Origin: an uncultured Clostridia bacterium | GTDB taxonomy: Bacteria; Bacillota; Clostridia; Christensenellales; UBA1242 | Assembly: GCA_944349905.1 (NCBI GenBank) | Contig: CALVNR010000001.1 | Span: 66,550 to 130,549 of the forward strand | Direction: 5' to 3' | Length of the DNA stretch: 64,000 nucleotides | Shown: positions 9,353 to 18,833 of the stretch, one piece after another | Layout of the letters: each line of letters starts with the position of its first letter | How positions within the stretch are numbered: position 1 is the first letter of the stretch | Notes under the pieces: model-generated | Databases searched by the model: none | What the model was told of the DNA's origin: nothing | The model's input: only the letters and a program-made list of their open reading frames with translations | Translations under genes and position numbers: made by a program

Positions 9353-10213
9353 ATGAAAGTTGCAAAAAATTGGATAGATTATCAAGTTATTTCTACAAGC
9401 ATGGGTGATAAGTTGGAAAAATGGGGTGACTTTTTTCTCATTAGACCTGACCCACAAGTTATTTGGAAAGCAGACAAACCACTTGAAAGTTATTGCAAAG
9501 TTGATGCTCGTTATAAAAGATTTTCAACAGGCGGTGGACAGTGGGAATTTAATAAGGTTTTACCTGAGCAGTGGATTATATCATGGCAAGGCTTAAAATT
9601 TTTGGTTAAACCTATGGGATTTAAACATACAGGACTTTTTCCTGAACAAGCAGTAAACTGGAATGATATTCAAACTTTGATAAAACAATCAAACAGAGAG
9701 ATAAAGGTTTTAAATCTATTTGCTTATTCAGGGGCAGCAAGTGTTGTTGCTGCAAATGCTGGTGCTATTGTAACTCATGTTGATGCAAGCAAAGGTATGG
9801 TTGAAAGAGCAAAAGAAAATGCAAAATTAAACAATATATCAAACATTAGATTTTTAATTGATGATTGCAAAAAATTTATTGAAAGAGAAATTCGTAGAGG
9901 AAACACTTATGATGCTATTATAATGGACCCACCAAGTTATGGAAGAGGAACAAATGGTGAAACATGGAAACTTGAAGACGATTTGTTTGATTTTGTTTTG
10001 TTATGTAAAAAAGTTTTGTCAGATAATCCACTTTTTGTTTTAATTTCTTCTTATACAACTGGTTTGCAACCTTGTGTTTTGAAAAATGTTTTGTCTATTG
10101 CTTTTGGCAAAGATGACATTGATGCAGATGAAATTGGACTCCCTTGCAAAGATGGTCTTGTTCTTCCTTGTGGGGCAAGGGGATTAAAAATTTGGAAGAA
10201 CAACAATAATTAA
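9353..10213 (+). CDS. class I SAM-dependent (RlmI/RlmK-like) RNA methyltransferase
   Basis: SAM-binding motif VLNLFAYSGAASV, then DASKGMVERAKEN and the catalytic-type IIMDPPSYG motif. Confidence 0.7.
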   Translation: MKVAKNWIDYQVISTSMGDKLEKWGDFFLIRPDPQVIWKADKPLESYCKVDARYKRFSTGGGQWEFNKVLPEQWIISWQGLKFLVKPMGFKHTGLFPEQAVNWNDIQTLIKQSNREIKVLNLFAYSGAASVVAANAGAIVTHVDASKGMVERAKENAKLNNISNIRFLIDDCKKFIEREIRRGNTYDAIIMDPPSYGRGTNGETWKLEDDLFDFVLLCKKVLSDNPLFVLISSYTTGLQPCVLKNVLSIAFGKDDIDADEIGLPCKDGLVLPCGARGLKIWKNNNN

Positions 10214-10224
10214 AAGGAAATAAT

Positions 10225-10929
10225 ATGGAAGAAAAAGATTTAACTATTTTATATGAAGATAATCATTTGGTGGTTGCAGTAAAGCCACAAAATATTCCAT
10301 CACAAGCCGATGAATCAAAAGACATGGATATGCTAAGTTTAGTAAAGATGTATGTAAAAGAGAAATATAATAAAAAAGGTGAAGCATTTATTGGACTTGT
10401 GCATAGACTAGATAGACCAACTGGTGGAATAATGGTTTTTGCAAGAAATTCAAAATCTGCTTCAAGATTAAGCGAGCAAATCAAAAACAATGAAATGAAA
10501 AAAACATATTATTGCATTTGCAATAATATGCCAAAAGACAAAGAAGGTGTGCTTGTAAATTATCTAAAAAAAGATGAAAAAGAAAATATTGTAAAAATTG
10601 TTCCGCTAAGTGAAACAGGAGCAAAAAAGGCAGAACTATCATATAAAGTTTTGCAAACAAAAGATAATCTTGCTTTGTGTCAAGTCAATTTAATAACGGG
10701 TAGGTCTCACCAAATTAGAGTGCAATTTGCTGGAATAAATTGTCCACTTGTAGGGGATAACAAATATGGAAAAACTACAAACGCAGTTTCAAATAATTTG
10801 GGATTATGGGCTGGCAGAATAGAATTTTATCATCCTGTTACAAAACAAAAAATGACTTTTGCTTGTCCTCCTGATTTAGAAAAAATGCCATGGAAAAAAT
10901 TTTATATGGAAAAATATTTTGTTAGGTAG
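10225..10929 (+). CDS. RluA-family pseudouridine synthase
   Basis: Catalytic motif HRLDRPTGG and downstream GRSHQIRVQ. No S4 domain. Confidence 0.85.
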   Translation: MEEKDLTILYEDNHLVVAVKPQNIPSQADESKDMDMLSLVKMYVKEKYNKKGEAFIGLVHRLDRPTGGIMVFARNSKSASRLSEQIKNNEMKKTYYCICNNMPKDKEGVLVNYLKKDEKENIVKIVPLSETGAKKAELSYKVLQTKDNLALCQVNLITGRSHQIRVQFAGINCPLVGDNKYGKTTNAVSNNLGLWAGRIEFYHPVTKQKMTFACPPDLEKMPWKKFYMEKYFVR

Positions 10930-10934
10930 GGTTT

Positions 10935-12701
10935 ATGAAAAAAAGAAGTCAAATAAAAGATGAATATAAATGGGACAAATCATGTTTATGTAAAAATGAT
11001 GAAGAATTTGAAGAAAAAATTTCAAAAATCAATGAATTTTTACCAAAATTTAAAAAATTTGAAGGAAATTTAAAAAATAAAGATATTGTTTGGGATTATA
11101 TTTGTTTAAATGAAGAATTTGACAAATTTATAGAACCAGCATTGCTTTATATACATTTAAAGTTGGATGAAGAATTGAGTAATAAGGAAACAAACACTCT
11201 TTTTCAAAAAATGTCAAATATATTAAATGAATTTTCAATTCAAACTTCTTTACTTTTAAGTCAATTTCAAAATTTGGATGACAAACTTCTTGATGAAATA
11301 ATTAAAGATGAAAAATTTAAAGATTATAAACGTGATTTTGAAATGATTAAAAAAACAAAAAAACATAATCTCACTGATGACCAAGAACAACTGCTTTCTG
11401 GTATGGATTTTTTTGGTTATTCTTCAATTATGAGAGATATGGCAGATATTGATATTAAATTTGATGATGTGAAAGACAGCAAGGGCAAAATTTACAAATT
11501 AACCCAATCTAAATATGGTTTATACATGCATTCAAAAGACAGAAAATTAAGAGAAGAAACTTTTCGTAAATTAAATGGAAAGTTTGGGCAATTCATTAAT
11601 ACTTTGTCTGAAAATTACATTAACAAAGTAAAAGCAAATTGCTATTTTTCAAAAGTACGAAAATACCAATCTGCTCTTTCAAAAGCTCTTTTCCATGAAG
11701 AAGTAAGCGAAAAAGTTTATCAAAATTTAATACAACAAGTTCATAAAAATTTGCCAACGCTATTTAACTTTTTTGATTTAAAAAGAAAAGTTTTGGGACT
11801 TAATAATTTTTATATTTATGACCAAATGGCTTCTCTTCCAACAACAAGCAATAAAAAATATTCTTATGATGAAGCAATTGAAATTTTGAAAAAAGCTTTT
11901 GCTCCATTAGGAGAAGAATATGTTGCATTAATAGAAAAAGCAAAGGTGGAAAAATGGATTGATGTTATGCCAAACCTTGACAAAAGATCGGGAGCTTACG
12001 AAAATGGAATTTATGATTGCCACCCTTTTGTTTTAACAAATTTTGAAGGGGATTTGGAGTCTGTTTTTACGTTGGCTCATGAACTTGGTCATGCTATGCA
12101 CACATATTTTTCAAATAAAAGTCAACCAAGACCAAAAGCAGATTACACAATTTTCTTGGCTGAAATTGCAAGCACAACAAACGAAATGTTATTGTTAAAT
12201 TATCTATTAAAAGATGCAAGCAAAAGAGAAAAAGTTGCTCTTTATAACAAATTGTTTGAAGAAGTCAAGTCAACAATATTTAGGCAAACTATGTTTGCAG
12301 AATTTGAGGAAAAAGTTCATGCTATGCAAGAAAAAAGTATTCCTTTAACAAAAGATGTTTTGTGTGATTTGTATTATGATCTTAACAAACAATATTTTGG
12401 AAAAGTAAAACTAGTTGATGAAGTTAAATTTGAGTGGGCAAGAATACCACATTTCTTTACACCTTTTTATGTATACAAATATGCAACAGGTCTTGTGTGT
12501 GCAATCAATTTTGCAAATAGAATTTTAAGTGGAGAAAAAGATGCAGTAGAAAAATATTTTGAATTTTTATCAGCAGGTTGCAGCGATAATCCAGTTGAAA
12601 TTTTGAAAAAAGCCGGTTGCAACTTGGAAACAAATGAAGCTTATGATATTGTTTTTGATTATTTAAATGATATATTAAAAAAATGGAAAAAAGAATTATA
12701 A
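10935..12701 (+). CDS. pepF: oligoendopeptidase F (M3B)
   Basis: 588 aa. Zinc motif AHELGHAMH with a downstream E ligand region FLAEIASTTNE. Typical PepF length. Confidence 0.85.
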   Translation: MKKRSQIKDEYKWDKSCLCKNDEEFEEKISKINEFLPKFKKFEGNLKNKDIVWDYICLNEEFDKFIEPALLYIHLKLDEELSNKETNTLFQKMSNILNEFSIQTSLLLSQFQNLDDKLLDEIIKDEKFKDYKRDFEMIKKTKKHNLTDDQEQLLSGMDFFGYSSIMRDMADIDIKFDDVKDSKGKIYKLTQSKYGLYMHSKDRKLREETFRKLNGKFGQFINTLSENYINKVKANCYFSKVRKYQSALSKALFHEEVSEKVYQNLIQQVHKNLPTLFNFFDLKRKVLGLNNFYIYDQMASLPTTSNKKYSYDEAIEILKKAFAPLGEEYVALIEKAKVEKWIDVMPNLDKRSGAYENGIYDCHPFVLTNFEGDLESVFTLAHELGHAMHTYFSNKSQPRPKADYTIFLAEIASTTNEMLLLNYLLKDASKREKVALYNKLFEEVKSTIFRQTMFAEFEEKVHAMQEKSIPLTKDVLCDLYYDLNKQYFGKVKLVDEVKFEWARIPHFFTPFYVYKYATGLVCAINFANRILSGEKDAVEKYFEFLSAGCSDNPVEILKKAGCNLETNEAYDIVFDYLNDILKKWKKEL

Positions 12702-12711
12702 TAAAAAAATC

Positions 12712-12751
12712 AAAAAAGTCTTTTAGTTTGTTGTGCTAAAAGACTTTTTTT
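12712..12751. terminator. bidirectional intrinsic terminator
   Basis: Perfect 13-bp stem AAAAGTCTTTTAG/CTAAAAGACTTTT with flanking A- and T-runs, between convergent genes. Confidence 0.85.
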
Positions 12752-12765
12752 GCTTTTATACTTTG

Positions 12766-12987
12766 TCAGCAGTGACAATTATTAAATAAACAGTTGCCTA
12801 TTAGTGCTCCTGTCAAAAAATATATCGTGTTTATATTGCAATTACAATTGTTTAAACAAGGTGAGCAAATTGGAAACGGACAAGAAAATGACGGAGATGG
12901 AAAAAGGCAACAAGGTTGATTACAACATGAGTTATGACAATTTCTTAGGTCTACATATGAACCTTGTCTATAATAATTTGAAATCAT
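12766..12987 (-). CDS. small cysteine/asparagine-rich protein (73 aa)
   Basis: AAGGAGA RBS 6 nt upstream of the ATG. About 16 Cys in CC, CxC and CxxC spacings. Its own terminator lies downstream. Confidence 0.6.
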   Translation of the reverse strand: MISNYYRQGSYVDLRNCHNSCCNQPCCLFPSPSFSCPFPICSPCLNNCNCNINTIYFLTGALIGNCLFNNCHC

Positions 12988-13043
12988 ATTTATCTCCTTT
13001 GTTTTTGTTATTAATTTTAAAACACTTAAATAGATTATAGTAT

Positions 13044-14039
13044 ATGCTTAACTATTTAGGTATTTTTTTTACTATAATTGGGACAATCCTTGGGTGTGGT
13101 TTTTTTAGCGGCAAGGAAATTGTTGTGTTTTTCTCTAGATTTGGATATTGGTCTTTCTTGGGTGTTTTATTGTTGTTTTTTATTCTTTTTTTTATTTTTA
13201 AGTTTTTGCTAAATTTCGACACGGATTTATTGCAAAAAATTCAAAAATCAAAAATTTTTCTAGTAATCAATTTATTTGTTTGTTTTGTTTTTTCTTCTGC
13301 AATGTTTGCTAGTTTGAACGAAACAACTGTTCAATTTAATATAATTTTTAAAATTTTATTTTTTCTTATTATAGTTTTAAGTTGTTTTTTGATTTTAATA
13401 AAGGGCAGCAAAACTCTTGCAAAATTCAATGTAATTTTGGTTCCTTTCATGATTATTTTGTTTCTTATTTTATTAATGTCAAATACAAAATTATCTTTGC
13501 CAGTTTGCAATACTTCGTCAATACCGTTTGTTTCTGCTTTTTATAGCGTTTTATATTGTAGTTTAAATGTTGCTAGCAGTGGTTTGGTAATTGTAAATCT
13601 TGGAAAAAGTTTAAGTAGGAAACAAAGAACACGAATCGCCTTTTTGTCGGCATTCGTGCTCATGATAATCTTGTTTTTTGCAAATATTATTTTACTTCAA
13701 AATCAAGACAGTTTTGGCTCTACAATGCCGTTTATGTCTATCTTTTCAGTTTGGCAAAATGTTGTTTTAAAAATCAATATAATTTTAGGGGCGGGCACAA
13801 CACTTTTTTCTTTGACTTATAATTTTTATATTTCTTTGCGAGGGTTGTGCAATAATTTTTATATTTTTTTTATTAGTGTTGTTTTGCCTTTTATATTTAG
13901 TTTTTGGGGGTTTGGTAATATTGTTTCTTATCTTTATCCAATTGCTAGTATTTTTTCAATTTTTATGCTTTTTGTTTTTTACTTTGAAAAATATAATTTT
14001 TTACCAAAAAGTACCAATTATTTAAGAAAAAATAAATAA
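13044..14039 (+). CDS. YkvI-like polytopic membrane protein
   Basis: N-terminal GTILGCGFFSGKEIVVFF resembles the YkvI-family G-x-GF-x-SG-x-EI motif. About 10 hydrophobic segments. Confidence 0.55.
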   Translation: MLNYLGIFFTIIGTILGCGFFSGKEIVVFFSRFGYWSFLGVLLLFFILFFIFKFLLNFDTDLLQKIQKSKIFLVINLFVCFVFSSAMFASLNETTVQFNIIFKILFFLIIVLSCFLILIKGSKTLAKFNVILVPFMIILFLILLMSNTKLSLPVCNTSSIPFVSAFYSVLYCSLNVASSGLVIVNLGKSLSRKQRTRIAFLSAFVLMIILFFANIILLQNQDSFGSTMPFMSIFSVWQNVVLKINIILGAGTTLFSLTYNFYISLRGLCNNFYIFFISVVLPFIFSFWGFGNIVSYLYPIASIFSIFMLFVFYFEKYNFLPKSTNYLRKNK

Positions 14040-14042
14040 TAT

Positions 14043-14867
14043 TTAACTTCTTTTATATTTTTTTTCAAAAGGACTTACCATAAAATACATTCCACCAGCA
14101 AGAATACACAGTAATACAATACTTGCCATTACTATGTCAAGTTGAAGCATTTGGCTGCCATAGTTTATTAAATAACCAAGGCCTGCTTTACTTGATAGAT
14201 ATTCTCCCATGATTGTTCCAACCCAACTCATACCAACATTTATTTTTAAAACTGAAATAAAATCTGATAGTGCATTTGGTAAAATTAGTTTGAACAAAAT
14301 TTGGAATTTGTTTGCGTGCATTGATTTCATTAGAAGTATTTTATCATTATCGCATGAAATGAAAGCATTTAACATTGAAATTATTGTTATCACTAGGCAA
14401 ATAAGAACACACATAACTATTGTCGCACCTGTTCCAGAACCAACCCATAATATAATCATCGGTCCCAAAGCGATTTTTGGTAAACTGTTTAATATTATTA
14501 AATATGGTTCCATGACCTTTCTTAATCTTTCGCTCCACCAAAGTAAAATTGCAATCAATACTCCTAAAATTGTAGCAATCAAAAATCCTAATATTGTTTC
14601 ATATAATGATGTCCACATATGAATAAATAAATTGCCAGTTCTTCCTAGTTCTATTATTGTTTGAACAATTCTAGATGGACTTGAAAAGAAAAATGGGTCA
14701 ATAGCACCAGTGCCAGAAAGTAGTTCCCAAAGTCCTAAAAAACCAACTATGACTACTATTTGCCAAAATATTATTATTATTTTTTCCGTCTTTAATTTTT
14801 TTAAATATTTTGCATGAGTTTTTGAATAATTTATTTGTTTGTGTTTCATTAGCTTAGGTTTCTCCAA
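14043..14867 (-). CDS. ABC transporter permease (SsuC/TauC-like, BPD_transp_1)
   Basis: Six TM segments. Overlaps the upstream ATPase gene by 19 nt. Typical nitrate/sulfonate/taurine-type permease layout. Confidence 0.8.
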   Translation of the reverse strand: MEKPKLMKHKQINYSKTHAKYLKKLKTEKIIIIFWQIVVIVGFLGLWELLSGTGAIDPFFFSSPSRIVQTIIELGRTGNLFIHMWTSLYETILGFLIATILGVLIAILLWWSERLRKVMEPYLIILNSLPKIALGPMIILWVGSGTGATIVMCVLICLVITIISMLNAFISCDNDKILLMKSMHANKFQILFKLILPNALSDFISVLKINVGMSWVGTIMGEYLSSKAGLGYLINYGSQMLQLDIVMASIVLLCILAGGMYFMVSPFEKKYKRS

Positions 14868-15604
14868 ATTAGTTCAAAATACTTGCCAAAATCTTTATCC
14901 TCTCGTTTTTCTAGTGGTGTTTTTCCTTGAAAGTTAATTTTTAATTCTTTCTTGACAGAAGCTGGTCTTGATGACAAAATTATTATTTGGTCTGACATAC
15001 TTAGTGCTTCTGAAATATCATGAGTGACTAGTAACGCTGTTTTTTCTTCACTTTTTATTATTTGATAAACATCATCGCAGACTTTTAATCGTGTTTGAAA
15101 ATCTAATGCAGAAAAAGGTTCGTCTAATAACAGTAAAGTAGGATTTAAAACAAGCGTTCTAATCAACGCAACTCTTTGTCGCATTCCACCACTGAGCTGG
15201 CGAGGTTTTTTGTTTTTGAAGTTGTAAAGGTCATATTTTTTGAGTAATTCTTCTGCAAAGCATAAAGTTTTTTCATCTTTATGTTTCTTTTGTATTTCAA
15301 GTCCAAGTATTATGTTTTGCCAAATAGTTCTCCATTCAAATAAATGGTCTCTTTGAAACATATATCCTATTCTTGAATCATTTTTTTCTATTTTTTTATT
15401 GTTTAAAAGTATTTCACCATCAGTAGGTTGCAAAAGGCCTGCGGTCAGTGAAAGCATGGTTGTTTTTCCACAGCCACTTGGACCTACTATTGAAGCAAAA
15501 TCTTTTTGTTTAACAACAAAATTTATATTGTTTAGGGCGTGTATTTCGCTTTCTTTTGTTTGATAGAAATAACTCAAATTTTTATATTGCAAAAAGCTTT
15601 CCAT
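14849..15604 (-). CDS. ABC transporter ATP-binding protein (SsuB/TauB-like)
   Basis: Walker A GPSGCGKTT, signature LSGGMRQRV, Walker B LLLLDEPFSALD, H-loop VTHD. Confidence 0.9.
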   Translation of the reverse strand: MESFLQYKNLSYFYQTKESEIHALNNINFVVKQKDFASIVGPSGCGKTTMLSLTAGLLQPTDGEILLNNKKIEKNDSRIGYMFQRDHLFEWRTIWQNIILGLEIQKKHKDEKTLCFAEELLKKYDLYNFKNKKPRQLSGGMRQRVALIRTLVLNPTLLLLDEPFSALDFQTRLKVCDDVYQIIKSEEKTALLVTHDISEALSMSDQIIILSSRPASVKKELKINFQGKTPLEKREDKDFGKYFELIWRNLS

Positions 15605-15682
15605 TGTTTGACCTCTACATTATCAGTTTAGTTAGATTTTTTTTCAGTGTTACATTTTTTTTCTAAAATTTGGCAGTGGTGT

Positions 15683-15711
15683 TTGATTATTGATTTTTTC
15701 ACGAATATAAT
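15683..15711 (+). promoter_or_regulatory. near-consensus sigma-A promoter in front of the capsid-gene operon
   Basis: TTGATT (15683-15688), 17-nt spacer, TATAAT (15706-15711). Confidence 0.6.
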
Positions 15712-15743
15712 TCGCATAAAAGTTGCATTTTGGAGGGCAAAAA

Positions 15744-16028
15744 GTGGAAGAGGAGGACAAAATTAAAAAAGCTTTATTAAAAAAAGCGCTTGGTTATAAT
15801 GCCGATGAAATTGTTGAAGAGTATGCCGTGGACAATGGCGAGCAGATTTTGCTTAAAAAGAAAATTACTAAAAAACATTATAGTCCTGACATAAACGCTG
15901 TTAAAGTTTTGCTTACAAAATATTATAAAACTTACGAAGAAAAAATTGCTCTTATGAGTGATGATGAACTTTTTGAAGAAGAAAAGCGACTTTTAAATTT
16001 GTTAAAGGAGGAAAATGATGATTGTTAG
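15744..16028 (+). CDS. terminase small subunit-like protein, C-terminal part only
   Basis: GGAGGG RBS 6 nt before the GTG at 15744. LLKKALGYNADEIVEEY...KKKITKKHYSPDINAVKVLL resembles the conserved central block of Firmicute phage TerS proteins. Only about 10 aa precede it, so the usual N-terminal HTH is absent. Confidence 0.5.
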   Translation: MEEEDKIKKALLKKALGYNADEIVEEYAVDNGEQILLKKKITKKHYSPDINAVKVLLTKYYKTYEEKIALMSDDELFEEEKRLLNLLKEENDDC

Positions 16029-16248
16029 TCAATGTAAACATTTAACCAAATGCGATTTTTGTGGTTGCTCAAATTGGGCAAAGTATTGTTTTGCTACAAA
16101 AGGTTTTATAAAAAAAGATTTATGTTTTTGTGAAGATTGTTTAAAAGGCATGTATGAAGCCCTTGCTAAATTGCAAACGCCAAAAGGCATTGAAAGTCCT
16201 TTTAAATATGGCAAAAAATTAAGAAAAAAAGTTGAGGATAAATTATGA
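16015..16248 (+). CDS. small Cys-rich zinc-ribbon-like protein
   Basis: AAGGAGG RBS. CKHLTKCDFCGC...CFCEDC cysteine pairs. Overlaps both neighbours (ATGA overlap with the next gene). Confidence 0.55.
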   Translation: MMIVSQCKHLTKCDFCGCSNWAKYCFATKGFIKKDLCFCEDCLKGMYEALAKLQTPKGIESPFKYGKKLRKKVEDKL

Positions 16249-18092
16249 AAAAAAATGATGACAAACTGGTCAAGGAAATTCTTGATGATTTTAAAGATAG
16301 AGCAGAAAAAAGAAAAAGCTTTGACATGATATGGAAAATGAATATGAACTTCTTAATGGGTAATCAATATTGCAATGTTGGTTATGGTGGAAATATAGAA
16401 GAAAGCGAAAGACAATTTTTCTGGCAGGAGAGAGAAGTTTTTAATCACATTGCTCCTTTATTTGATATTAGATATGCAAAATTGTCCAAAGTTAAACCTG
16501 ATATAAGTATTATTCCATCTACTAATGATGAAAGAGACAAGCAGTCTGCAAAGGTTTGCAAAAAGATATATCAATCAGTTAAGAATAAATTAAATCTTGA
16601 TTGTATAACAAATAAGGCGATAAAATGGGCAGAAGTTTGTGGGACTGTATTTTATAAAATAGGCTGGAATAGCGAAAAAGGTATTATTGTTGGCAAAGAT
16701 GAAAAAGGGCAAAGTTTGAGAAGTGGCGATATTGAAATTTCTGTTGTAAGCCCTTTTGAAATTTATCCTGATTCAACAGTTTGTGAAAGTTTGGAAGAAT
16801 GTCAAAGTTTAATTCATGCAAAAGCTTATAGTGTTGAACAAATTAAACAAATGTACGGTGTGGAAGTAGAAGGCAAAAAAGTTAATACTTTTTCACTGGA
16901 CAGCACAAATGAAAGCATAGGTGGACTAGGATTTAATGGAACTGTTCCAAAAATTATTGAGAGCAACAAATCAAACAGTGCTATTGTCGTAGAAAGATAT
17001 TGTAGACCGACAGTTGATTTTCCAAATGGTAGGCTTAGCATAGTTGCTGGTGACAGATTGGTTTATGATGGAGAACTTCCTTACAAAATAGGTAAAGACG
17101 GAGAAAGAGATTTTCCTTTTGTAAGACAAACTTGTTCAGAAGAACCTGGTTGTTTTTGGGGAACCAGTGTTATTGAAAGATTGATTCCTGTTCAAAGAGC
17201 ATACAATGCAATAAAAAATAGAAAACATGAATTTGTTAATAGATTGTCAATGGGTGTATTGAGTGTTGAAGATGGATCTGTTGATTTGGACAATCTTGAA
17301 GATGAGGGGCTATGCCCTGGTAAAGTTCTTGTTTATAGGCAAGGAGCAAATGCGCCAAAGTTTTTAGATGGTGAAAGTTTGCCTTCCGGAATTGAAAATG
17401 AAGAAGAAAAATTACTTGAAGAATTTACAAAAATAAGTGGTGTTAGTGAAACGCTTGGGACTGATTATGCGTCTGCAAACATAAGCGGGGTTGCGCTTGA
17501 ACTTATGATAAGCCAAGATGAAATAAGGCTTAATGCAACAAGCGAAAGTATAAAAATAGCAACAAAAGAAATTGCTTCAATTATTTTAAAACTTTACAAA
17601 CAATTTGCGTTATTTCCAAGACTGGCAAAAATAATTGGAGAAAATGGAGAAATAGAAATGTTTTATTTTTCTAGTTCTGATATTTCAAGTGATGATATTA
17701 TTCTTGAAGCGCAAAACGACAACTTAAATTCTATATCACAAAAAAGAGAAATGATTTTTAAATTGCTTGAAAATGGTATTTTAGAAAATGATGATGGAAA
17801 ATTGTCAAACAGGATGAAGTGCAAAGTTCTTGAAATGCTTGGTATGGGTGTTTGGGAAAACGCGCAAGACTTAAATGAATTGCATATTAAAAAAGCAAGC
17901 AATGAAAATTTAAAAATGCTTGACGGCGTGGTTTGTAAATCATTGGAAATTGATGACCATAAGTTGCACATAAATGAACATATTGCTTTTATGTTAGGAC
18001 AAGATTATGAAATACAAAAACAAAAAAATGAAAAACTTGAAGAAATATTTTTAAATCATATAAAAAGTCATAAACAGCAAATTGGAGGATAA
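16245..18092 (+). CDS. phage portal-like protein
   Basis: 615 aa and acidic. Position upstream of the scaffold and capsid genes and overall composition are typical of large podovirus/P22-type portals. Assigned from context and recollection, not from a search. Confidence 0.6.
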   Translation: MKKNDDKLVKEILDDFKDRAEKRKSFDMIWKMNMNFLMGNQYCNVGYGGNIEESERQFFWQEREVFNHIAPLFDIRYAKLSKVKPDISIIPSTNDERDKQSAKVCKKIYQSVKNKLNLDCITNKAIKWAEVCGTVFYKIGWNSEKGIIVGKDEKGQSLRSGDIEISVVSPFEIYPDSTVCESLEECQSLIHAKAYSVEQIKQMYGVEVEGKKVNTFSLDSTNESIGGLGFNGTVPKIIESNKSNSAIVVERYCRPTVDFPNGRLSIVAGDRLVYDGELPYKIGKDGERDFPFVRQTCSEEPGCFWGTSVIERLIPVQRAYNAIKNRKHEFVNRLSMGVLSVEDGSVDLDNLEDEGLCPGKVLVYRQGANAPKFLDGESLPSGIENEEEKLLEEFTKISGVSETLGTDYASANISGVALELMISQDEIRLNATSESIKIATKEIASIILKLYKQFALFPRLAKIIGENGEIEMFYFSSSDISSDDIILEAQNDNLNSISQKREMIFKLLENGILENDDGKLSNRMKCKVLEMLGMGVWENAQDLNELHIKKASNENLKMLDGVVCKSLEIDDHKLHINEHIAFMLGQDYEIQKQKNEKLEEIFLNHIKSHKQQIGG

Positions 18093-18094
18093 AT

Positions 18095-18745
18095 ATGGAA
18101 GAATTAAACAGAGAACAACCGACTATGGAACCAGCAAATGTTATAAACATAACAGAAGAAAATGGGGCTGTGAGTGAAGTCGGCTCTCAAAACACATTTG
18201 GTAAATTTAAAAATGCAGAAGCGTTGTTAGAGGCCTATAACAATTTGCAAAGTGAATTTACTAAAAAGTGTCAGTTGCTAAGTCAAATGCAAAAAGACAA
18301 AATGGACGAAAATCAAATTGATGATAAAGAGACAGTAAATCAAGAATGCGAAGAAGAAAAACAAAAAAAACTTGAACAAGATTTTCAATCATTCCTTGAT
18401 GCTAACAGCGAAGCAAAACTATATGAAGATGAAATAAAACAGCGTTTTAACAATTCTTCAATTACAAATCAATCAAACCCTTATGAAGTCGCTTGGGCAA
18501 GGGTTGTGCTTGAACATTTAAAAGATGGCAAGCAAAAAGAAAGCGACCCGATTATAAACAATTATGTTTTGTCGGATGAAAAAGTTAGAAATCAAATCAT
18601 TTTAGATTATCTTAATGGTCTTATTAAGCACAAACCACCTTATGTCATTTCTTCACAAGGCGGGGAAAGAGTGTCAAGTGTTGAACTTGATACTCCAACT
18701 TCCTTAGCCGAAGCAAAAGAGATGGTTAGTAAAATGTTTAATTAA
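18095..18745 (+). CDS. scaffolding-like protein
   Basis: 216 aa, highly charged with predicted coiled coil. Sits between the portal-like and capsid-like genes. Confidence 0.45.
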   Translation: MEELNREQPTMEPANVINITEENGAVSEVGSQNTFGKFKNAEALLEAYNNLQSEFTKKCQLLSQMQKDKMDENQIDDKETVNQECEEEKQKKLEQDFQSFLDANSEAKLYEDEIKQRFNNSSITNQSNPYEVAWARVVLEHLKDGKQKESDPIINNYVLSDEKVRNQIILDYLNGLIKHKPPYVISSQGGERVSSVELDTPTSLAEAKEMVSKMFN

Positions 18746-18833
18746 AGATAATTTATTGTTTTCTACATTTTTTTTACTATTTTTTCAAAAAAACATGCAA
18801 AAATTTTAAATTAACTCAAAAAAAGGAGAAATT

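Noticed and set aside
12766-12987. Cys-rich small proteins (also 55623..55823) as RiPP, sactipeptide or lanthipeptide precursors
   Set aside because: There is no radical-SAM, LanM/LanBC, protease or dedicated exporter gene within several kb of either locus. A structural or spore-associated role seems more likely, but this is unproven.
14043-15604. ABC pair as an immunity or export system for the neighbouring phage-like module
   Set aside because: The permease is of the BPD_transp_1 importer type (SsuC/TauC-like), not an ABC-2 or exporter fold. It is also divergently transcribed.
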